A stretch of 39,911 nt of DNA from a virus (IMGVR_UViG_3300020042_006136:1-39911); one strand, 5' to 3'; shown: positions 25,668 through 36,600, counted from the stretch's first letter. The notes: generated by a model not told the origin, from the sequence alone. Program-made: numbers and translations.

Positions 25668-28600
25668 GTTGGGTTAAAAACCTTGGCAGTATGGCAAAGA
25701 CGGTTGTTGACTTTACAGGAGTACCAGGTTTAATTAAAGATTTATCAACCTCTGGTAGCAACGATGACCCTTGGTATATTGATGGTGTTAATTTTGTAAA
25801 GAACACAGTTAAAGTAGCAACAACCCCAGTTCGTGCTGCGGTTACTGGTCTATTTGCTGCTGGTGAGGCTTCATACGAACTTGGTGGGAAAGTACGCCGT
25901 GAAGGTGTTGAAGCAATCCTTGACCAGCCTTTCATGTATAACAAATTTAAAGCACCAGGTGAATCTTATTCAGATTACACATTGCGTGTAGAAAACGAAA
26001 AAGAAAATATTTCTCCGTTTCAAGCAGCACTTTCAGTGCTCTCTCCAGGTCGCACCTCTGGGGATAGAAGCGGTTGGTTCCAAGAGTGGACCGACAATAA
26101 TCTTAAATTTATGTCTACAGGTTTTGATGTCTTTAACCAAGAAGATAGAGATACAGCCTTTCGTGACCAATACACAGGAAAATTTCTTTCTGGTATTGGA
26201 GATTTTACTACCTCGGTAATTGTTGACCCATTAACCTTTGCAGGCTTTTTAGGTAAGGGTGCAGTTATTATTGCCAAGGCTCCAATGCTTGACCAAATTC
26301 AAGGCAAGACAGCCCGTGCTGTATTTGGAAAATTTGCCATGACTGAGGAACGATTAGATAATATTCTTATTGAAGCACTTGATGGTAAGGGTGAAGCACT
26401 TACTGACATTGACTTTCTTGTTGGTAGTAACGCTCGTGAGCAATATAAATACTGGCGCAAAAAGAAAGTTACAAACCCTGATGCAATGGCATATTTGTTT
26501 GGTCGTGCTGCTAGTAGAGAAGAAGTTGTAGATACTTTCCGTGCTGTTATGTATCGTGACCCAAAATCTATTTCAACGATTGCTTCAAAAGACGAAGAAG
26601 CAGCCCTTATTTTAGATGCTTCAAATCCAATTTCTCATCCTCAGCGGCAATTTCTTGAAGGTAAAACAGATGGTGATTTAATCACATCACAAGAATACAA
26701 TCGCGCTACTGGTTCATATATTACAAAGTTAACTGATGAAGCAAGTGAATCATACGACCAGCGTTTTGCAACTGCATTAACAGATACTCGCACTGGTGGT
26801 CAATTAAAATATGGATTTAGTCGCGGACCTTGGGAAGGCAAACTTGCCCAAAAATCAAAGAAAGATGCCCAGGCTGTATTCGCAGAAGCAGATAGCGTAA
26901 TTTTTCAAAAGACTAGCCTTCACCCAATAATTAAAGTTGTTAATTACTTTACTAAAGAATTACCAAGTGGTGTATTTAATGTAAACGATGGCGATTCTTA
27001 TATTGAGTTTAATGCTTTTTTGCGTGAGGCTAATGAATTATCTAAAGGTCGTTTTGGTGCCCAAGCAGCATATTTTGCTGAAAGATATTTAGCAGCAATT
27101 TCTACTGGTGAAAGAAATGCCACTATTCAACGGGCTGAAAAGGCTGCAATGGCTACATTGTTTCCTAACTATGACCAACAAACTATGGATAAGTTATACA
27201 TGGTTTTTGATGCTCGTAGAGCATCCAGAATTAATCAACACCGCAACCAAGGTTTTGTTTCTTATTTAGAAAACGGTCAAGTTGTAAATGCTATTTCTCC
27301 TATTTTACAACGAGAGTCAGCCAATACTGTAATTATCGCAGATTTAAGAAAATTAAAGCGTGCGATTGATACGCATGAAAGTATATTACCAGGACTTTTA
27401 GATGGATTAAATATAGAAGATTTAACCTTAAGAACTAAAAAAGGTTTAAGTACTCTTGCTACATTTAATGACATTTTTAAAACTTCAGTTCTTATGCGCC
27501 TTGGTTATACTGTTCGTAACCTTACTGAAGCACAATTATCTATGATGGCTAAAGGTTTTGCCCTACCAGCAATGGTAGCAGCAGGTGGACCAGATGCAGT
27601 AAAACGATTTTTTGCTAATCGCAAAGTTGGTTTTAATAGGTTAATTGATAATGTAAATGTTTCTGCTGGCAGAATTGATGACATTAACACTCTTAATTAT
27701 CAGTTTGCTTCAGGCACGGACAGACTTCGTTCTGTAGAAATGAGTAAAAAAGAACTTGCTAAAGCAGTTGCTGACCGCATTGGAGATTTAGAAAAAGATA
27801 TATTTAAATTACGCCTTACTCCAGGTGTAGGACCACTAACTGCAGAAGATGAAATTCGTACTCTTCGTGGCGTATTATCTGACTTAGAATCTGTAACTCT
27901 TTATCACGGTAGCGCAGATGCAGCATTTCAATTAAATGAAGCAAAGGTTCTTGCAACATCTGCATCCCCTGCAATCGCTGGTCGTTACTCTGAGGGTTTT
28001 ACAATTCACTCAACTGAAAATTATTTAGAAACACCAACAGGTCGCCCTGGTAAAATTACTGAAGTTTCTGAAAGTATACAAGATGCTCGTAAAACTTTAC
28101 AACAAGCACAAAGTAATTTAACCAAGGCTCAACAAGAATTAAATAGAGTTGGTAAAACTCAATGGGATGTAAATTTATTACAACAAACCATTGATGAACA
28201 AAAGGCTATTATCAAGCGTGCTGGCGCTCGTGAGCGTTCATCCGAACGCCGTGCTGCTACATTAGATAATGCTTCAGATAATTTACTAACAGACATGATT
28301 GCAGCAAAAAATGCTGGTAAAGAAGTTGAAATTCGTGTACCTAAAGGTTGGCGAAAAGTTGAATCGCTTGATTGGAAACAAATTCGTCTTGCCGAAGAAG
28401 GCGTTTTAGAAGTTACTCCAGAGTTATTTCGCCGTTCAGTATTTCGCGTTAAAGGTGAAATGAATAAACCAGTACCAGTACGAGTATATGGTGAGGCTTT
28501 ATATTTAACTAAATGGTCTGATATTCCATTAGATTTGCGTGAATCTGCTTTTGGCGGAAGTATTAATAATTACAAGCAATGGACTAAGGACAAAGGTTGG

Positions 28601-31501
28601 AGTAATAATAACGACCCTGTTGTTAAGTACATGCGTGAAAAAGGTTTTGGTCGGGTAGTTGTACAAGATGATGCTCGTGCTGGTGGAGTATCTAATATTG
28701 TATTACCAGAGGCAGTTGCTAAAACTGGTCGCCAACGAGCCGTAGAACGCAGTATTACTGAAATGAAAGAGCGTAGCGCAGTTCAGGCTGCTGAAGATTT
28801 ACCAATTCTTGAATCTAAAATGGATACACCTAAACAACGCCGCCTTGCTAGAACTGCTGCCCGTAAAGCAGCCCGTTTAAAAGAAACTTCAGTTTCTCCT
28901 TATTACACAAGAGAAAATGTTGATGCCATGATTAACAATGGCGTTGAAGATGCTGCTGAAAATTTAGCAAAACTTTATACAATGGAACATGCTTATCTTG
29001 ATGACATTTCTAGCAGGCTAGGTGCTCGCATTGACCGTGCTGAAACTAATGCTGTTAAACAACGCACTGGTTATGGTTACAATGAAATGACAATTAATGG
29101 AGTTAAGTATACTGTTCCAAATACTTTCCAAGATGCTACATGGTTTATGGGTCGCACATCTGCTGAAGATACTTGGAACGCATTAATTGGTTCACAAGAA
29201 ATGGCATTTTCAACTGGCATGGGTGCTAGAACAGTTAGTATATTAAAACCTAATGACCCTAAATATTTTGAGGGTTGGTCAAATATACTTAACTTACATT
29301 TCCGTGACCCTGAAACAGGAATAATGGACCCATTGGTTCGTAAAATTCTTGATGGTGAAACAGACCAAGATATTCTTAATTGGTTTACTCGTACAAAAGA
29401 TGGTCGTCTTTATGCCAATGATACATATACAACTCCTCGCCAGGCTTATGGTTTAACAGCCATACGGGGTGGAGAGTTAGATGAAGATTTATTAGAAAAA
29501 ATTAATATTACCCGTGGTGCTGTAAAATTATACATACCTGATGAGCAAACAGCATTATTTCTTAGCACTGCTACTCCAGGCAATAAACCTTTATCTGGCG
29601 CTGAATTACAAAATTATTTGCGTGAAAGATTTGGTGCTAACCCAGAAAACTTGCCAGACATTAATGGGTTACTTGTTACAAGTAGTAAAGAGTTTCGTGA
29701 CCAAGAGCGTTTAATTGATACATTTAATCGCCGTGTTATGCGCTTTCTTGGTTCATTACCAGAAGATGTATTTGCCCGTCATCCATTAGCAGTATCTAAT
29801 TATAATCGTCAGGTTAAAACAAACATACAGAATATTGCTGATGCTAAAGGCACAGATAAACTTACTGCAGAGGAAATTAACTCAGCCATAAGAGGCGCAA
29901 GAGAAGATTCTCGCCGTATTGTAGAACAAACTTTGTTTACTATTGTCCGCCGTAGCCGTGCATCATCAAGCCAAATAATGCAATTAATGTTTCCGTTTTT
30001 TGCAGCCTATGAAAACACAGTTAAGCGTTGGTCGGGTATTATTGCTGAAAATCCACAGGCTGTAACTACCGCTGCTCGTACTATTGCCCAAGTTGTTAAT
30101 GGTCAAACTGTTGTAGACCAAGAGGGAAATCGTATTACAGATGCTAAGGACTTGGCTGGTGGTAAATACGCCAACTTGGTAGTTCAAGTTCCACAAGGAT
30201 TTATTGACTCATTACCAAAAGATTGGCAAGAAATTGCTAACAACGCATTTAAGTCAGTAAATATACCACTATCATCATTAGATGTTATTACCCAAGGTCA
30301 ACCTGGTAATCCAGGCTTTGGTCCTTACGCTGTATTACCAGCCTATTTAATTTTACGCGCTCGCCCAGAATTAGAAGAAGCATTTAAACCTTTGTTTCCT
30401 GCTGGTCTGCCACAGTCTGCATCTAGTTTATTTACTCCAGCAGCCTTTCGCCGTTTATCAACCATGTGGACACAAGATGCGTTATATGTTCGTACATTTA
30501 ATCAAATGTTAAGGTATGAAACCTATAACTATAATGCTGGTATCAGAACAGATGAGCCTACATTAGATGAAGTTACAGATAAAACAAATAAATTTTTTCT
30601 ACTTCGTGCACTTGGTTCAATATCTTTACCATTTGCAATTAGCCCAGAAATGGATTTTTACCAACAGACTTTCCGTCAATTTTTAAATCAATACGGACCT
30701 GGTGAGGCAGAGGCTAAGTTTCTTGAAATGTACCCAGATTACTTTGAGGCTACAGTAAGTCTTTCTAAATCACCTGGCAGCCTAGAGTCTAATATGGATA
30801 CAGTTAGAAACTTAAAGAAATTCCGTGGGCTTATGGCAGAAGCAGAGTCTTCTGATAATCCAGAGTTAATTGGGTTTCTTGCTAATGATTTTGATGGTCA
30901 GTATACATTTAGTCAGGCAGCCTACCAATGGCAGTATCGCCAAGGTGCATATCCTGGTTCTAAAAATACTTATCGCCAAAACCGTGCTCCAGAAGAATTA
31001 CTACGCGATGCAGACATTAAGCGTGGTTGGACACAATTTAATTCATTAATGGGTCAAATTAATACTTACAAAATACAAAATGGCATTGTTGCTGATAGTG
31101 ACCCCCGTATGGATATTATCAATGGTGCTAAACAATTATGGGTTCGTTCTCAAGCAGAAGAAAATTTTGACTGGTACTCAGAGTACATATCTCCAGATAG
31201 AGGTAAGTATGAGCGCCGTGCTCTTGTTTTAAAGAAGGCTTTAACTGATAAAAATTGGATGGCACAAAATGGTGACCGTTCAGTAGTTAAGGCTATGAGT
31301 GTATATCTTGACCTGCGTGACCAAATGGCTTCAGTATTAAAACAGCGCGACAGGGCAGGTGGTTCACAAACACTTAGTGCAAAAAGTAATGCTGACTTAA
31401 CTTATGTTTTTGAACAAGTTAGACAACAACTTATTGCAGAAAGTCCAGAGTTTGAACAATTCCTAAATAGATATTTTATAAACGATACGGTGGTAGTTTA
31501 A
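25664..31501 (+). CDS. Large internal virion (ejection) protein
   Basis: 1945 aa, helical, FPFFAAYEN motif typical of podovirus internal proteins; possible ART-like insert. Confidence 0.7.
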   Translation: MSWVKNLGSMAKTVVDFTGVPGLIKDLSTSGSNDDPWYIDGVNFVKNTVKVATTPVRAAVTGLFAAGEASYELGGKVRREGVEAILDQPFMYNKFKAPGESYSDYTLRVENEKENISPFQAALSVLSPGRTSGDRSGWFQEWTDNNLKFMSTGFDVFNQEDRDTAFRDQYTGKFLSGIGDFTTSVIVDPLTFAGFLGKGAVIIAKAPMLDQIQGKTARAVFGKFAMTEERLDNILIEALDGKGEALTDIDFLVGSNAREQYKYWRKKKVTNPDAMAYLFGRAASREEVVDTFRAVMYRDPKSISTIASKDEEAALILDASNPISHPQRQFLEGKTDGDLITSQEYNRATGSYITKLTDEASESYDQRFATALTDTRTGGQLKYGFSRGPWEGKLAQKSKKDAQAVFAEADSVIFQKTSLHPIIKVVNYFTKELPSGVFNVNDGDSYIEFNAFLREANELSKGRFGAQAAYFAERYLAAISTGERNATIQRAEKAAMATLFPNYDQQTMDKLYMVFDARRASRINQHRNQGFVSYLENGQVVNAISPILQRESANTVIIADLRKLKRAIDTHESILPGLLDGLNIEDLTLRTKKGLSTLATFNDIFKTSVLMRLGYTVRNLTEAQLSMMAKGFALPAMVAAGGPDAVKRFFANRKVGFNRLIDNVNVSAGRIDDINTLNYQFASGTDRLRSVEMSKKELAKAVADRIGDLEKDIFKLRLTPGVGPLTAEDEIRTLRGVLSDLESVTLYHGSADAAFQLNEAKVLATSASPAIAGRYSEGFTIHSTENYLETPTGRPGKITEVSESIQDARKTLQQAQSNLTKAQQELNRVGKTQWDVNLLQQTIDEQKAIIKRAGARERSSERRAATLDNASDNLLTDMIAAKNAGKEVEIRVPKGWRKVESLDWKQIRLAEEGVLEVTPELFRRSVFRVKGEMNKPVPVRVYGEALYLTKWSDIPLDLRESAFGGSINNYKQWTKDKGWSNNNDPVVKYMREKGFGRVVVQDDARAGGVSNIVLPEAVAKTGRQRAVERSITEMKERSAVQAAEDLPILESKMDTPKQRRLARTAARKAARLKETSVSPYYTRENVDAMINNGVEDAAENLAKLYTMEHAYLDDISSRLGARIDRAETNAVKQRTGYGYNEMTINGVKYTVPNTFQDATWFMGRTSAEDTWNALIGSQEMAFSTGMGARTVSILKPNDPKYFEGWSNILNLHFRDPETGIMDPLVRKILDGETDQDILNWFTRTKDGRLYANDTYTTPRQAYGLTAIRGGELDEDLLEKINITRGAVKLYIPDEQTALFLSTATPGNKPLSGAELQNYLRERFGANPENLPDINGLLVTSSKEFRDQERLIDTFNRRVMRFLGSLPEDVFARHPLAVSNYNRQVKTNIQNIADAKGTDKLTAEEINSAIRGAREDSRRIVEQTLFTIVRRSRASSSQIMQLMFPFFAAYENTVKRWSGIIAENPQAVTTAARTIAQVVNGQTVVDQEGNRITDAKDLAGGKYANLVVQVPQGFIDSLPKDWQEIANNAFKSVNIPLSSLDVITQGQPGNPGFGPYAVLPAYLILRARPELEEAFKPLFPAGLPQSASSLFTPAAFRRLSTMWTQDALYVRTFNQMLRYETYNYNAGIRTDEPTLDEVTDKTNKFFLLRALGSISLPFAISPEMDFYQQTFRQFLNQYGPGEAEAKFLEMYPDYFEATVSLSKSPGSLESNMDTVRNLKKFRGLMAEAESSDNPELIGFLANDFDGQYTFSQAAYQWQYRQGAYPGSKNTYRQNRAPEELLRDADIKRGWTQFNSLMGQINTYKIQNGIVADSDPRMDIINGAKQLWVRSQAEENFDWYSEYISPDRGKYERRALVLKKALTDKNWMAQNGDRSVVKAMSVYLDLRDQMASVLKQRDRAGGSQTLSAKSNADLTYVFEQVRQQLIAESPEFEQFLNRYFINDTVVV

Positions 31502-31887
31502 TGGAAAAAAATAAACCTAAAACTGAATCAGGTACTCCAGCAGGTACTGGTACTGGCACTAAAGGTGGAATTGACTTAGAATCATTAATGAAAACTTTTG
31601 CTGGTATGGGTGGAACTGTTAATGCAGGTCCAACTACTCAAGATGCTGAAGCAGCAGTTCAAAGTATTTACAGTCAAATGCTTGGTCGTAATGCTGCTGG
31701 CGCAGAGCGTAGCAGGGCTATTAGTAAATACTTGAGTCAATCAACAGATACAGATGCTGCTGGTCGCCAACAGGCTGTAATCTCTTTTGTTCAAGAATTA
31801 CCTGAATATCGTAACCGCCAAGAAAATTCTTATTTAGATGCTATCTATAATGAAATATCTAAAAATGTTCAAAGGACACAACGATAA
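31501..31887 (+). CDS. Hypothetical virion protein
   Basis: 128 aa, TAATG coupled. Confidence 0.65.
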   Translation: MEKNKPKTESGTPAGTGTGTKGGIDLESLMKTFAGMGGTVNAGPTTQDAEAAVQSIYSQMLGRNAAGAERSRAISKYLSQSTDTDAAGRQQAVISFVQELPEYRNRQENSYLDAIYNEISKNVQRTQR

Positions 31888-33293
31888 TGGCAGTTAAACC
31901 AGATAATACTTTATCTCTTGATGAACAACTACGCCAATTATACATAAGTTTAGAAAACCAAAGAAAAGCATTAAGTAGACTTAAAAGAAATACAACAGCA
32001 TACAATAATGCACTAAAAGTTTTTAATACTACTCAAAGTAATATTACAGAACTTAATGCTAAAGTTGATGCAGGGCGTAAAACTAAAAAGACATCAACAG
32101 AAAAAAATAAACTTGATGCGCTTAATGATGCTTTAACTCGTGCAAAAGAGTATGGTACTGCAGACCAAGTTGAAAAAGCACAAAATGATTTAGATAAATT
32201 TTCAGGTGTAGAAACTACAACACCAACAGGCACCACAGAACTTCGTTATGGTCCAGGTGGAGAAAGTTTAAGACCTGGTTCTGCTGAGTATATTGCAGCA
32301 GCAGGTTCAACTACCAAACCAATAGTTACCTCAACTAAAACACCTGCCTCAACTACAAAACCTATTTCAACACCAACTAATGATGCAACAACAGATGCAA
32401 AACAATTATGGGTTTCATACCTTCGTACAGTATTTAGCACCCTTGAGGATAAAACACAACAAGCAGAAATTAATAGAATATTTGATACTGCTGTTAAACA
32501 AAAATGGACTGAACAAACCTTTATGGAAAACCTTAAGGGTACTTCATGGTGGCAAAATACTTCTCCTAGCCTTATTCAGTTTTTCTTAGAAAGCAATGAC
32601 CCCCGCAATAGAGCCACATTTGCTGAAACTGTTGCAAATAAAGTAGATTCTGTTGCTGCTAAATTAGAAAAACTTGGCATAGCACCTAGAACTGTTGACC
32701 CAATAACTGGCAAAGTAATTGATAATGCACAATACTTTAAAGGTATTGCTTTACAGGCTTATGAAAATAACTGGACTGACTCACAACTAGATAATTACTT
32801 ATCAACTAAAAGTGATTTAATTTTTACTGGTGGTGGTGTTCTCGGTTCTTCTTTAAATCAAATTAATCAAACTGCATACTTATATGGAATTAATTTAGAT
32901 AGCACTATGAAAAATACTATTAACACATCTTTGCTTGACCCTATGGATGGTAGAGATGCTCAGTATTGGATTAATAGTGTTAAACAAATGTCTATTGATG
33001 CCCCACAAAATAAACCATTTTATGAATCTTTAAAAGTAGGAAAAAGTCTATATGAAGTAACTTCCAATTATCGCAATCAGATGGCTGGTTTACTTGAAGT
33101 TGACCCTACCGCTATTACATGGAACGACCTGATGGGTAAAGTTATTGTTAAAGATACTGGCAATGCTCGTACATTTGCAGATTTTAACAAGGCTTTAAAG
33201 CAAGACCCAATATGGCAATACACTAAAAATGCAAAGGAAACCTATAGCAATATGGCTCTTGACCTTGGTAGAACATTTGGATATGTGGGTTAA
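31887..33293 (+). CDS. Putative internal virion protein
   Basis: 468 aa, N-terminal coiled coil, Thr/Pro linker. Confidence 0.6.
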   Translation: MAVKPDNTLSLDEQLRQLYISLENQRKALSRLKRNTTAYNNALKVFNTTQSNITELNAKVDAGRKTKKTSTEKNKLDALNDALTRAKEYGTADQVEKAQNDLDKFSGVETTTPTGTTELRYGPGGESLRPGSAEYIAAAGSTTKPIVTSTKTPASTTKPISTPTNDATTDAKQLWVSYLRTVFSTLEDKTQQAEINRIFDTAVKQKWTEQTFMENLKGTSWWQNTSPSLIQFFLESNDPRNRATFAETVANKVDSVAAKLEKLGIAPRTVDPITGKVIDNAQYFKGIALQAYENNWTDSQLDNYLSTKSDLIFTGGGVLGSSLNQINQTAYLYGINLDSTMKNTINTSLLDPMDGRDAQYWINSVKQMSIDAPQNKPFYESLKVGKSLYEVTSNYRNQMAGLLEVDPTAITWNDLMGKVIVKDTGNARTFADFNKALKQDPIWQYTKNAKETYSNMALDLGRTFGYVG

Positions 33294-33295
33294 TA

Positions 33296-34639
33296 ATGGC
33301 TGAAAGAAAAGTAACCAAACAAACTAATCAAGAAGCAATTATTGCTGCCCGCATAGCAGAAGCACAGCGCCCAGCAAAATTAGCCGAGCAACAAGCAAAG
33401 TTGCCAGTAGTACAACAAGCGCTTTCTACCGCACAAGTTGGCGCTAGAGGCACAACTGGTCAAACAATATTTGAAAAGGCTTTGGCTGGTATTCCTGCTG
33501 GTGGAGATGCTGGCGCAGCAAGAGGTTTAGCAGCAATGTCTGCTCGTTACGGACTACAAGGCGCCGCTCTTAATGCTTACACTGGCGAAAATATTGGCTA
33601 CAATATCTCTGAACAAACCAAAGCAGAACAAGGTGATGTAACTAATACAGAAAATTTAATTAATGTATATGGTACACCAATTAATATTCCTGACCCTATT
33701 TATGAAACAATAACAGAACAATATACTTCACCTGAAGAAATCCAAGCAATGATTAATGCTGCTCTTGAAAAGCAAAAAACAGAGTTACTTGGTGAGCAAA
33801 AAAAATTAGCAGAACAACAAAAGAAAACAGCCCTTGAAGAGTTTAAGGCTTCTTTAACTACAATGGGTCTAGCAGATTTAACAGATACTATTGATGAGTT
33901 TATCAAAAATGATTACACAGCATCTCAAATTAAATTAGAGTTACCTAAGACTACTGCTTACAAGACACGCTTCCCTGGTATGGAAGCACTTAAGACTGCT
34001 AATAGAGCAATTAATGAAGCAACCTACATTTCTAATGAGCGTGCTTACTTACAAACTTTACGGGCTTATGGATTAGATACTGCAACTCTTGGTAGTCTTT
34101 CAGCCCTTGGAACATACATAGCCAATGAGGTTTCTCCCCGTGAGTTTGAAGAAAGAGTAAACCTTGCTTCTGATAGAGTTACTCAAAATCCAGATGTTCT
34201 TAATACTTTTAAATCTTATTATCCAGAGGCAGATAAAAGTAGTGTTGTTGCCTATCTTTTAAATCCTAAAGCAGGTATAGACCTTGTTAAGAAACAAGTT
34301 CGTGTAGCAGAAATTGGTGCTGCTGCTACCGCTGCTGGATTTAAACCTACAACAATTAGTGCTGCCTATGGTGAAACTCTTGTACCAGATACTGGAGATA
34401 AAACTTTTAACACAATCAGAGCCGAGTTTCAAAAAGCAAAACAATTATCTGATGCTCAACGCAGTCTTGCTCAAATTGAAGGGCAAACTTATTCAGATGT
34501 TGAAGCCATTGAAGGCGTGGTTGGTGGAGATAGCCAGAAGTTACTTGCTTCACAACAAAGGGCAGAGCGTGAAATTGCTCGGTTTAGTTCCCGTAGTGGC
34601 GTAACAGGCTCAAGTTTAGGAAGTGGCATAAATGTCTGA
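33296..34639 (+). CDS. Putative internal virion protein
   Basis: 447 aa Ala/Gln-rich helical protein in structural operon. Confidence 0.6.
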   Translation: MAERKVTKQTNQEAIIAARIAEAQRPAKLAEQQAKLPVVQQALSTAQVGARGTTGQTIFEKALAGIPAGGDAGAARGLAAMSARYGLQGAALNAYTGENIGYNISEQTKAEQGDVTNTENLINVYGTPINIPDPIYETITEQYTSPEEIQAMINAALEKQKTELLGEQKKLAEQQKKTALEEFKASLTTMGLADLTDTIDEFIKNDYTASQIKLELPKTTAYKTRFPGMEALKTANRAINEATYISNERAYLQTLRAYGLDTATLGSLSALGTYIANEVSPREFEERVNLASDRVTQNPDVLNTFKSYYPEADKSSVVAYLLNPKAGIDLVKKQVRVAEIGAAATAAGFKPTTISAAYGETLVPDTGDKTFNTIRAEFQKAKQLSDAQRSLAQIEGQTYSDVEAIEGVVGGDSQKLLASQQRAEREIARFSSRSGVTGSSLGSGINV

Positions 34640-34739
34640 AACATCAGGCAGTGAAAGTTTACACGCTGCTTTTGGCTATGACGAATATAAAGATTTTGAC
34701 GAGGGATTAATTGTACCTTTTTTAACAATAGGACATTAA
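34632..34739 (+). CDS. Possible small ORF (35 aa)
   Basis: MSETSGSESLHAAFGYDEY...; overlaps upstream stop, weak RBS. Confidence 0.3.
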   Translation: MSETSGSESLHAAFGYDEYKDFDEGLIVPFLTIGH

Positions 34740-34760
34740 TCTTTAATTAATAAATAGAAT

Positions 34761-34846
34761 CCCCACCCTGATATACCAGCCCAGGGGGGCGTAAAAGTCT
34801 GGTAGCAATAGCCGCAATAGTTTCCCCGAACTGCTGCGAGGATTGC
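34761..34846 (+). ncRNA. Structured leader (pseudoknot plus hairpin) upstream of scaffold gene
   Basis: CCCTG/CAGGG interleaved with TACCAG/CTGGTA, then GCAAT..CGCAATAGTT/AACTGCTGCG..ATTGC. Confidence 0.5.
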
Positions 34847-34875
34847 GAATACAACCAATGAAAGGGAGAAGGTAG

Positions 34876-35331
34876 ATGGCTACCAATTACTACGCAGACG
34901 ATGAGGAAGATGACGACACAACAACTGATGTTGTTGGTCAACTCCGCAAAGTTAATCGCTCACTTGAAAAACGAGCAAAAGAACTAGAACAGGAGTTGTC
35001 AGGTCTTAAGTCACAGACTCGTCAGCGTACTGTTAAGGATGTACTACAGGCTAAGGGATTAAATCCAAAGATTGCCGCACTTATACCACATGATATAGAA
35101 CCCTCAGATGAGGCTCTACTCAAGTGGGTTGAAGAGTATGGCGATGTTTTTGGAATCCAAACTTCTACGGAAGAAAAGCCTGCAGAGAAAAGTCCAGAAG
35201 TTAAGGCTCAAGCAAGAATCAATAACATAGTCGCCACTGGCTCCGCGCCAGATATTGACGAAGATTCGTTTGCAAAAATTGCAGGAGCAAAAACTCGTGA
35301 GGACTTAGACGCACTCCTTGGCTTTAACTAA
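34876..35331 (+). CDS. Capsid scaffolding protein
   Basis: Acidic N-terminus, coiled coil, immediately upstream of capsid gene. Confidence 0.75.
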   Translation: MATNYYADDEEDDDTTTDVVGQLRKVNRSLEKRAKELEQELSGLKSQTRQRTVKDVLQAKGLNPKIAALIPHDIEPSDEALLKWVEEYGDVFGIQTSTEEKPAEKSPEVKAQARINNIVATGSAPDIDEDSFAKIAGAKTREDLDALLGFN

Positions 35332-35369
35332 AATCCATTAAACATCAACCACTCACTAGGAGGTGAACC

Positions 35370-36542
35370 ATGGCATATACCGACACCTCGGCTATTAGTG
35401 GTCTAGTACAGACCGCTTATGACCGTTATGTTGAATTTGCTCTCCGCTCTCAGCCGATGATTCGTGCTGTTGCGGACAAAAAGCCTGTACAACAGGCTAT
35501 GCCAGGCAACTCCGTTGTATTCTCACTCTACAACGATTTGTCTGCTGCTACTTCAACGCTCACAGAAACAACTGACCCTGATGCAGTCGCATTAAGCAAT
35601 GTTGACACCGTATCTGTAACTCTTGCAGAATACGGCAACGCTGCTCTTGTAACACGCAAATTGCAGTTATTCTCACTATCCGATGTTGACCCTGCTGTTG
35701 CAGACATCATCGCTTTCAACATGGCTGACTCTCTTGATGTTGTAGCACAAAATGCTCTTCGTCAAGGAACCAATGTTATCTATGGTGGAACTCGTACATC
35801 AACCGCAACTATCACAGCATCAGATACTGTTGACTCTGCTGATATTCGTAAGGTTGTTGCGAAACTTCGCTCAAACAAGGCTGTTCCTCGTTCAGGAAGC
35901 CTGTATTGGGTAGGTATTCACCCAGAGGTATCACACGACCTTCGTGCCGAATCAGGCTCTATAGGCTGGCGTGACACCCACCAACACACTGATGCTTCTC
36001 TTGGCAACCTGTTCGCAGGTACAATCGGAACATACGAAGGCGCTTTCTTTGTAGAAAACGCACGCATGTTCTCTGCTAAGTCAGGCGCAGACCAGACCGC
36101 TCTTGCCACAACCACAGCAACTGTTGCTGGTGTATCAGCACAGTTTACTATTGGTGTTGCTTCATCTGCAGTTATCGCAACTCGCGCTGAGGTTGGCGAC
36201 AAGATTGCTGCAACTGGTATTGCATCTACTGCAAAAATTAGTGCAATCAGTACTACTGGCTCAACAACTACAATTACTGTAGATGTAGCCAATACTGCTG
36301 CTGTTACAGCAGGAGCGACAGTAACTGTTACTCCTGTAACACGCGTATTCAGCACCCTTGTTTGCGGTAAGCAAGCATTGGCTGAAGCCGTATCACAGGA
36401 GCCAGGTGTCGTTATCGGTCCAGTTACCGATAGATTGATGCGTTTCCGCCCAATCGGATGGTACGGTGTCCTTGGATGGAACCGTTACCGTGAAGATGCG
36501 CTGTATCGCATTGAAACTGGTTCTTCAATCGCTGCTCTTTAA
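35370..36542 (+). CDS. Major capsid protein (N4-gp56-like family)
   Basis: LTE...TLAEYGN, IHPEVSHDLR, IGTYEGAFF, DRLMRFRPIGWYG; AGGAGGTGA RBS. Confidence 0.9.
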   Translation: MAYTDTSAISGLVQTAYDRYVEFALRSQPMIRAVADKKPVQQAMPGNSVVFSLYNDLSAATSTLTETTDPDAVALSNVDTVSVTLAEYGNAALVTRKLQLFSLSDVDPAVADIIAFNMADSLDVVAQNALRQGTNVIYGGTRTSTATITASDTVDSADIRKVVAKLRSNKAVPRSGSLYWVGIHPEVSHDLRAESGSIGWRDTHQHTDASLGNLFAGTIGTYEGAFFVENARMFSAKSGADQTALATTTATVAGVSAQFTIGVASSAVIATRAEVGDKIAATGIASTAKISAISTTGSTTTITVDVANTAAVTAGATVTVTPVTRVFSTLVCGKQALAEAVSQEPGVVIGPVTDRLMRFRPIGWYGVLGWNRYREDALYRIETGSSIAAL

Positions 36543-36553
36543 TTGATTGACTG

Positions 36554-36577
36554 TTGGGCAGGAGCAATCCTGCCTAA
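36554..36577 (+). terminator. Hairpin after major capsid gene
   Basis: TTGGGCAGGA-GCAA-TCCTGCCTAA; no U-tract, so partial terminator or stabiliser. Confidence 0.6.
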
Positions 36578-36600
36578 TGGTGAGTCCACTAAGGAGGACT

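Noticed and set aside
34812-34860. HDV-like ribozyme (TTCCCCG loop, GG, CGAA)
   Set aside because: No P2 partner for the sequence after CGAA and no convincing P1
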